NCBI GenBank assembly: GCA_049472315.1
Contig: JBLIRN010000025.1
Location: 1 to 43,833 of the forward strand
Reading direction: 5' to 3'
Length of the DNA: 43,833 nucleotides
Origin: a bacterium
GTDB lineage: Bacteria; SZUA-182; DTGQ01; JAFGSM01
A model generated the notes under the pieces. The model did no database searches and was not told where the DNA came from. It saw only the letters and a list, made by a program, of their open reading frames with translations. The stretch's first letter is position 1, and every line of letters starts with the position of its first letter. Below are positions 38,243 to 43,833 of this stretch, piece by piece. The position numbers were made by a program, and so were the translations under genes.

Positions 38243-39250
38243 TCAGAATTGCCTCAGGAATCGAACGTCATTGTCAAAAAAGATGCGGATGTCGTCCACG
38301 CCGTACTTGAGCATGGCCACCCGCTCCACCCCCAGACCGAATGCGAACCCGGTCACCTCCTCGGGATCGTACCCCACCTCGGCGAGCACATTGGGATGGA
38401 CCATGCCGGCGCCGAGTATCTCGAGCCATCCGCTCTGGGAGCAGACCCTGCAGCCCTTTCCCCCGCAGTTCACGCAGGATATATCGATCTCAGCACTGGG
38501 CTCGGTGAAGGGAAAGAAACTCGGCCTGAACCGCAGCCGGGTGTCTGTGCCGAACATCTGGTGCACGAAGCTGGTGAGCACCCCCTTCAGATCGGCGAAG
38601 GAGACCTGGTAGTCCACAAGCAGGCCCTCCACCTGGGTGAACATGGGGCTGTGGGTGACGTCCGCATCCCGACGGTACACCTTCCCCGGCGCAATGATGC
38701 GTACCGGAGGTTTCTGCTGCTTCATCACCCGTATCTGCACCGGAGAGGTATGGGTCCGCAGCAGGATGTCCCGGTCGATGTAAAAGGAGTCGTGCATGTC
38801 ACGGGCCGGATGATCGTCGGGGAAATTGAGGGCGCCGAAGTTGTAGTAGTCGGTCTCCACCTCCGGGCCTTCGGCGATCTGGAACCCCAGGCAGATGAAG
38901 ATGCGGTTGGTCTCGTCGAGGATCCGGGTGAGGGGATGCCGGTGCCCCCGTTCCGGGCGCTGGCCCGGCAGGGTAAGATCGAGTCGAACGGCCGCCCGGG
39001 CAGTGCCTGCCTTGAGCGCCTCGGTCCTTTCCTCTATCGTCCGGCTGAGCGAGTCCTTGGCCCGATTGAGCAGTTCTCCCATGCGGGGCCGCTCCTCGGG
39101 GGGAAGCTGTCCGATCTGTTTGATCAGAGAGGTGAGCCTTCCCTTGCGACCCAGATAGGTGACCTTGATGTTCGAGAGGGTCTCGATGTCCCCTGCAGCC
39201 CGTACCAATCCCTCGGCTTCGGCTTTCAGGGCCTCAAGATCGAGTCCCAT
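38243..39250 (-). CDS. pheS: Phenylalanine-tRNA ligase alpha subunit
   Basis: HPARDMHD, LRTHTSPVQ, FRPSFFPFTEPS, GFAFGLGVER. Confidence 0.98.
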   Translation of the reverse strand: MGLDLEALKAEAEGLVRAAGDIETLSNIKVTYLGRKGRLTSLIKQIGQLPPEERPRMGELLNRAKDSLSRTIEERTEALKAGTARAAVRLDLTLPGQRPERGHRHPLTRILDETNRIFICLGFQIAEGPEVETDYYNFGALNFPDDHPARDMHDSFYIDRDILLRTHTSPVQIRVMKQQKPPVRIIAPGKVYRRDADVTHSPMFTQVEGLLVDYQVSFADLKGVLTSFVHQMFGTDTRLRFRPSFFPFTEPSAEIDISCVNCGGKGCRVCSQSGWLEILGAGMVHPNVLAEVGYDPEEVTGFAFGLGVERVAMLKYGVDDIRIFFDNDVRFLRQF

Positions 39251-39251
39251 A

Positions 39252-39605
39252 TCAGAGGGCTTCTTTTGCTGCTTCGGTTAATTTGGCAAAGGACTGGGGA
39301 TCGTTGACCGCCAGGTCGGCAAGCATCTTCCTGTCCAGATCGATGCCCGCCTTTTTCAGCCCTTGCATGAATGTGCTGTAGGAAAGCCCGTGGTTTCTGA
39401 CCTCTGCATTGATCCTCACGATCCACAGCCTTCGGAAGAACCGCTTTCTGGTCTTGCGGTCCCGGTATGCATAGACAAGAGACCGGTTGACTGCCTCCTT
39501 GGCGGACCTGAAGAGCTTGCTCTTTGCCCCCCAGTACCCCTTGGCCAGCTTGAGGACCCTTTTGTGTCGCTTCTTGACGACAGTGCCTCTTTTAACCCTT
39601 GACAT
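39252..39605 (-). CDS. rplT: 50S ribosomal protein L20
   Basis: MSRVKRG...AKGYWG...YAYRDRK...LWIVRINA. Confidence 0.97.
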   Translation of the reverse strand: MSRVKRGTVVKKRHKRVLKLAKGYWGAKSKLFRSAKEAVNRSLVYAYRDRKTRKRFFRRLWIVRINAEVRNHGLSYSTFMQGLKKAGIDLDRKMLADLAVNDPQSFAKLTEAAKEAL

Positions 39606-39648
39606 AGTAATACATCTCCTTGTGTGAAAAATTGGTGGAGGTTTCTTT

Positions 39649-39852
39649 TCAGGCGTAGGGAAGGAGGTGCCGTATCTGGGCCTTGTCAGCGTGCGCAATA
39701 TAACCGCCCTTGCGCAGGTTTCTTTTGCGCTTGGGCGATTTTTTTGTCAGGATATGGCTGGCGTAAGCCTTCCGACACTTTATCTTCCCGGAGGCTGTAA
39801 AGCGGAACCGCTTTGCAGCACCTCGATTGGTCTTTAATTTTACCTTTGCCAC
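39649..39852 (-). CDS. rpmI: 50S ribosomal protein L35
   Basis: [12 protein letters not shown]...[15 protein letters not shown]. Confidence 0.97.
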   Translation of the reverse strand: MAKVKLKTNRGAAKRFRFTASGKIKCRKAYASHILTKKSPKRKRNLRKGGYIAHADKAQIRHLLPYA

Positions 39853-39954
39853 AACCGTCCTCTCTCTCTAACCGCCATGATCATGGATCACAACGAGGGA
39901 TGAAAGTTTTTGGAGCCTACCGATTATGTGAAAACTTTCATGTAAACCGTATGT

Positions 39955-40488
39955 TCATTGATGGACATGACCCTTGGGCGCGAGGATCATCGTCATGTTC
40001 CTGCCTTCCAGCCTGGCCCTCTGCTCGACCATGCCCAATTCCTCGATCTCCGATGCAACCCGGTCCAGCAGGACATTGCCGATGTCGGGGTGGGTCATCT
40101 CCCGTCCCCTGAATATGATGGTTATCTTGACCTTGTTGCCCGCCTCGAGGAATTTCCGGGCGTGATTCAGTTTGAACTGAAGGTCATGGTCATCTGTTTT
40201 CGGGCGTAATTTGATCTCTTTGACATGGATGACCTTCTGGTTCTTTTTCGCCTCCTGGGCCCGCTTGTGTTGCTGGTATTTGTACTTCCCGTAATCCATG
40301 ATCTTGCACACCGGCGGTTTCGCCATGGGGGCGACCTCCACCAGATCGAGCCCAGCCTCTTCCGCAAGAACCAGTGCCTGCGCGAGCTTAAGAATACCTA
40401 ACTGCCTTCCTTCTGCATCAATGACCCGAACCTCTTCGGCCCTGATGCCGCTATTGACGGGTATTTTATCGGTCGATTTTGTTATTAT
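39955..40488 (-). CDS. infC: Translation initiation factor IF-3 (non-canonical ATA start)
   Basis: AGGAGGTGAAAC-ATA ATA ACA...; frame reads [22 protein letters not shown]...LDLVEVAP...[10 protein letters not shown]. Confidence 0.93.
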   Translation of the reverse strand: MITKSTDKIPVNSGIRAEEVRVIDAEGRQLGILKLAQALVLAEEAGLDLVEVAPMAKPPVCKIMDYGKYKYQQHKRAQEAKKNQKVIHVKEIKLRPKTDDHDLQFKLNHARKFLEAGNKVKITIIFRGREMTHPDIGNVLLDRVASEIEELGMVEQRARLEGRNMTMILAPKGHVHQ

Positions 40489-42436
40489 GTTTCACCTCCT
40501 GTAGTGTTAGATCAGTTTCCTTCTTGATCTTGATGATGAATTCCGGGAGTGTATACTCAATCAACTCCCCTGTATCCCTTGATCGGCAATTTACCGTTTT
40601 CTTTTCGACCTCCCGGTCCCCCAGGACCAGCATGTAGGGTACCTTTTCAAGGCGCGCCTCCCTGATCTTGAATCCGATCTTCTCGTTCCTCAGGTCGGTC
40701 TCCACCCTGATCCCCTCTTCCTTCAAGGCCTCGGCGACATTAAGGGCGAACTCCGCATGGCGATCGGTGATGGTCAGGACCTTCACCTGCACGGGGGAGA
40801 GCCATACCGGGAAGGCGCCTGCAAAATGCTCGATCAGCACGCCCATGAACCGCTCCAGAGATCCCAGGATGACCCGGTGCAGCATGACCGGGCGTTTCCG
40901 CTCCCCGTCCGAATCAACGTACACGAGATCGAACCGCTCGGGCAGGGTGAAATCGCACTGTATGGTGGCGCACTGCCAGCTCCGGCCCAGGGCGTCCTTC
41001 AATTTCACATCGATCTTCGGCCCGTAGAATGCCCCCTCCCCCTCGAAGACCTCGAAGGGGATGCCGAGGTCGTTCAGTGCCTCGGTCAGGGCCTGGGTGG
41101 CCCTTTCCCAGTCCTCATTGGTGCCGATGAACTTTTCGGGCTGGGTGCTGAGCTCCATATGGTATTCGAACCCGAACATCCCCATGACATCCATGACGAA
41201 CCGGATCACGCCGGTGATCTCCTCGTTCAGTTGATCGGGCCTGCACAGGATATGCGCGTCATCCTGGGTGAACCCCCGCACACGGGTGAGGCCGTGAAGC
41301 ACCCCCGATTTTTCGTGGCGGTGTACATGGCCCAGTTCGAAATAGCGTATGGGCAGATCACGGTAGCTTCTGATCTTCGATTTGTAGATCAGCATGTGGG
41401 CAAGGCAGTTCATGGGCTTGATGCCGTACCGCTGCCCCTCCACCTCAGTGAAGTACATGTTTTCCCGGTAGTTGTCATAGTGGCCCGATTTCTCCCACAA
41501 TTCCTGCTTCAGCAGCGTGGGGCCATACACCACCTGGTAGCCGCGCCTGAGGTGCTCCCTTTTTTCGAAGTCCTCGATCAGCATCCGCAGCAGGGCGCCC
41601 TTGGGATGGTAGATTACCAGCCCCGCCCCCGCCTCGTCCGAGATGCTGAACAGGTCAAGCTCGCGTCCCAGTTTGCGATGGTCGCGCCTTTTGGCCTCCT
41701 CCAGCCTGTGCAGATGCTCCTTGAGCATGGCAGGGTTCGCGAATGCGGTCCCGTAGATGCGCTGGAGCATGATGTTGTGCTCGTCGCCGCGCCAGTATGC
41801 ACCGGCAATGCTCAGCAGCGTGCATGCCTTGATGACCCCGGTGGAGTGCACGTGGGGTCCCCTGCACAGGTCCAGGAACTCTCCCATCTGGTAGGTGCTG
41901 ATCTGATCGTCGGTGATGTCCCGAATGAGCTCTATCTTGTACCGCTGTCCCTTTTCCTCGAACAGGGCCAGGGCCTCATCCCGTGGCAGGACCCGGCGGA
42001 CAAAGGGGAGGTCCTGTTTGATCAGCTCCCGCATGCGCTGTTCGATCTTCTCCAGGTCTTCGGGCACCAGGGGCCTGGGAAGTTCGAAGTCATAGTAGAA
42101 CCCCTCCTCTATGGCGGGACCGATGGCGAATCTGGCCCCGGGGAAGAGATCCATTACCGCGTGCGCCATTATGTGCGAGGCGCTGTGGCGGAACACCTCC
42201 TGTCCCTCGGGCATATCGAAGGTGATGAATTCCACTGCGCAGTCACCGGTGGCAGGCTGGTCCAGATCCACCAGCCGCCCATCGATTCTCGCGACCAGGG
42301 GGTTCTTGATCCCTGCGGATCGGGCGACCTCCAGGAGTCGGGTCCCCGGGGAACAGGTCACGGTCGATCCACCGGGCAGGGAAAGGGAAATCGTTCGATC
42401 AACCCGTGCATCGGTTTTCGAATACTCATCCTTCAT
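40466..42436 (-). CDS. thrS: Threonine-tRNA ligase
   Basis: TGS domain, [36 protein letters not shown]. Confidence 0.98.
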   Translation of the reverse strand: MKDEYSKTDARVDRTISLSLPGGSTVTCSPGTRLLEVARSAGIKNPLVARIDGRLVDLDQPATGDCAVEFITFDMPEGQEVFRHSASHIMAHAVMDLFPGARFAIGPAIEEGFYYDFELPRPLVPEDLEKIEQRMRELIKQDLPFVRRVLPRDEALALFEEKGQRYKIELIRDITDDQISTYQMGEFLDLCRGPHVHSTGVIKACTLLSIAGAYWRGDEHNIMLQRIYGTAFANPAMLKEHLHRLEEAKRRDHRKLGRELDLFSISDEAGAGLVIYHPKGALLRMLIEDFEKREHLRRGYQVVYGPTLLKQELWEKSGHYDNYRENMYFTEVEGQRYGIKPMNCLAHMLIYKSKIRSYRDLPIRYFELGHVHRHEKSGVLHGLTRVRGFTQDDAHILCRPDQLNEEITGVIRFVMDVMGMFGFEYHMELSTQPEKFIGTNEDWERATQALTEALNDLGIPFEVFEGEGAFYGPKIDVKLKDALGRSWQCATIQCDFTLPERFDLVYVDSDGERKRPVMLHRVILGSLERFMGVLIEHFAGAFPVWLSPVQVKVLTITDRHAEFALNVAEALKEEGIRVETDLRNEKIGFKIREARLEKVPYMLVLGDREVEKKTVNCRSRDTGELIEYTLPEFIIKIKKETDLTLQEVKHNNKIDR

Positions 42437-42555
42437 GCCTGCTCAACTCATCATCGGCGAGGAATAGGTCGATCGGGGCTGCCGGTACACCGTCATCGTA
42501 TATACCATCATTGACGTTTTCCTTTTTTCTCACTGTGCCATCGAATGACACTAAT

Positions 42556-42605
42556 AAAAAGGCATCATCAAAGATAATCAGGGTATCTTTCGATGATGCC
42601 TCTTT
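42556..42605 (-). terminator. Intrinsic terminator downstream of tRNA-Val
   Basis: Minus strand aggcatcatc-g-aaagata...tatcttt-gatgatgcct followed by a T run. Confidence 0.7.
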
Positions 42606-42703
42606 AGGGACTGAATGCTAATGCGCGCAATCTGCTTTTTTGACCATCCCATGAAATATGTGCTATGTCAAAAGAGGCGATCTTATTTAACCCATCTATA
42701 CTA

Positions 42704-42778
42704 TGGTAGGCACGGGCGGTTTCGAACCGCCGACTTCTACCGCGTCAAGGTAGCGCTCTCCCCCTGAGCTACGTGCCT
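42704..42778 (-). tRNA. tRNA-Val (GAC)
   Basis: AGGCACG acceptor stem, CTACC-TTGACGC-GGTAG anticodon arm, GGTTCGAA T-loop, encoded CCA. Confidence 0.97.
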
Positions 42779-42917
42779 ATACTCACTGTATGCCAATCTG
42801 TAAAAGCCCAATTAAAACAACAGCCAAAGAACGTATATCGTCTATCACACTTCTATGATAGGGTATATTCCATTGTTGCCACTACCGAATAATTAATTTA
42901 TACAGGGACATCCAAAA

Positions 42918-42946
42918 ATATTAGTAAAAAAATACCCTTCTGTCAA
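42918..42946 (-). promoter_or_regulatory. Sigma70 promoter upstream of tRNA-Val
   Basis: Minus strand TTGACA, 17 nt, TAATAT. Confidence 0.6.
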
Positions 42947-42973
42947 GTTCTCTCCGTCATTTCCCGATGTCAT

Positions 42974-43219
42974 TCACCCCTGGTCCCCCCCCTCCTCCTC
43001 CCCTGCCTCCTGGAGGACGGCCTGGGCGCTCTCCAGATCATCGGCCCTGACCAGTATCTTTATCTCTCCGATATGGCCCACATCAAAGGGAAACTGCGAG
43101 ACCCGGTAGGATTTCAACTGCACGGGGATGCCGTTTGATTCGAGGAGCCCTTCAATGAGACGCGCCTCGTAATCCGCGGTGGTGGAACACAACTCAACCC
43201 ACTCCTCGTCGTGAGCCAT
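42974..43219 (-). CDS. DUF2007-like small protein
   Basis: WVEL...EARLIEGLLESNGIPV...GEIKILVRADDLESA. Confidence 0.8.
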   Translation of the reverse strand: MAHDEEWVELCSTTADYEARLIEGLLESNGIPVQLKSYRVSQFPFDVGHIGEIKILVRADDLESAQAVLQEAGEEEGGDQG

Positions 43220-43221
43220 GG

Positions 43222-43785
43222 CTACCGCTCTTTTTCCCCGAATACCTGTGCGGCGAAGATATAGATCTCAGCCCCTTTTTGCCAGGCGTCCTCGGGTAAT
43301 CCCGCCTTACGGCAGGTCTGAGCCAGGAACGTCTCCCTGTCCCAGCCATATTCGGTGGCCACCTGCGGCAGGAGCAGCCCGCTGTTATGGGAACGGGAGA
43401 TGTACAATCCATGCTCGCCGACCTTGATCTCATTGATGTCCGTAATTGTGCGCAGCGGCGTGAGCGCGGATATCTCTATATCGATGTCGTCCAGCTCTTC
43501 CCTCCTCAGGGTGGGGAACCGGTAATCCTTGACCGCCGCGGATATTGCACAATCCGCAGTTGCCTTGTGCAACGGCATGATGGGCTTTATAAATCCGATG
43601 CACCCCCGCAGCATACCCTTCTTATGGAGGGTGACGAACACACCTCGCGCCTCCAGAAGCCGTGGCTCGGTGACCTCGAATCGGGGGGGATCCTGCCCTG
43701 TGAGGTATGCGGTAATGGTGGACCGGGCAATGTGAAGCAATTTTTTCTTTTCTGCATCGTTCAAGCGATCTTCCCCTTCGGTCAC
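43222..43785 (-). CDS. AMMECR1-domain protein (AmmeMemoRadiSam protein A)
   Basis: GVFVTL...LRGCIG, DYRF, EISALTP, GLLLPQVATE, TCRKAGL. Confidence 0.93.
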   Translation of the reverse strand: MTEGEDRLNDAEKKKLLHIARSTITAYLTGQDPPRFEVTEPRLLEARGVFVTLHKKGMLRGCIGFIKPIMPLHKATADCAISAAVKDYRFPTLRREELDDIDIEISALTPLRTITDINEIKVGEHGLYISRSHNSGLLLPQVATEYGWDRETFLAQTCRKAGLPEDAWQKGAEIYIFAAQVFGEKER

Positions 43786-43833
43786 TTCTTTCTCACCTCT
43801 CTCTGTGGAATTTGATTGTTGTTCGCCGGCCCT

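Noticed and set aside
40757..42514. Long antisense ORFs (585 aa here; also 38249-39307, 32921-33892, 28917-29966, 26028-27155)
   Set aside because: Shadow frames of well-supported GC3-rich genes on the opposite strand.
42437..42700. T-box riboswitch upstream of thrS
   Set aside because: No T-box antiterminator consensus seen; the hairpin is explained as the tRNA-Val terminator.
42704..42778. tRNA-Val as an integration site for a genomic island
   Set aside because: Flanked by core genes; no integrase and no duplicated tRNA 3' end noticed in the window.

Overview
Bacterial window from a diderm (TonB-dependent receptors) that also encodes RNase Y; the gene order resembles Desulfobacterota/Nitrospinota-like anaerobes, but the lineage cannot be fixed from sequence alone. 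1-17.5 kb: a TonB receptor-YfiR-hybrid kinase-kinase signalling operon, several exported proteins (HAF-repeat protein; a PASTA/PQQ sugar dehydrogenase/cytochrome c fusion; two Pro/aromatic-rich unknowns) and a CopB-type ATPase. 17.9-26.2 kb: a partly decayed metal/redox region with vapBC, an ABC-transporter relic, cooT plus a His-rich partner, a 170-bp MITE, a SEC-C mini-protein, a Rieske ferredoxin, a cytochrome-b-like membrane protein, a hidden ArsC/Spx-family selenoprotein (UxxC plus SECIS-like hairpin) and a TonB-receptor::ecfT chimeric pseudogene. 26.4-30 kb: DUF763-lexA-repeats-small ORF-dinB SOS cluster. 31-43.8 kb: core genes (greA, ymdB, rny, 5-formyl-THF cyclo-ligase, 6S RNA, zapA/zapB-like, pheTS, rplT, rpmI, infC with ATA start, thrS, tRNA-Val). 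Best leads: the selenoprotein/cytochrome b/Rieske/SEC-C redox module, a D-P-N tripeptide confined to exported proteins, and a promoter-driven structured non-coding segment near 7.4 kb. All family calls come from motif recognition by eye, not from database searches.
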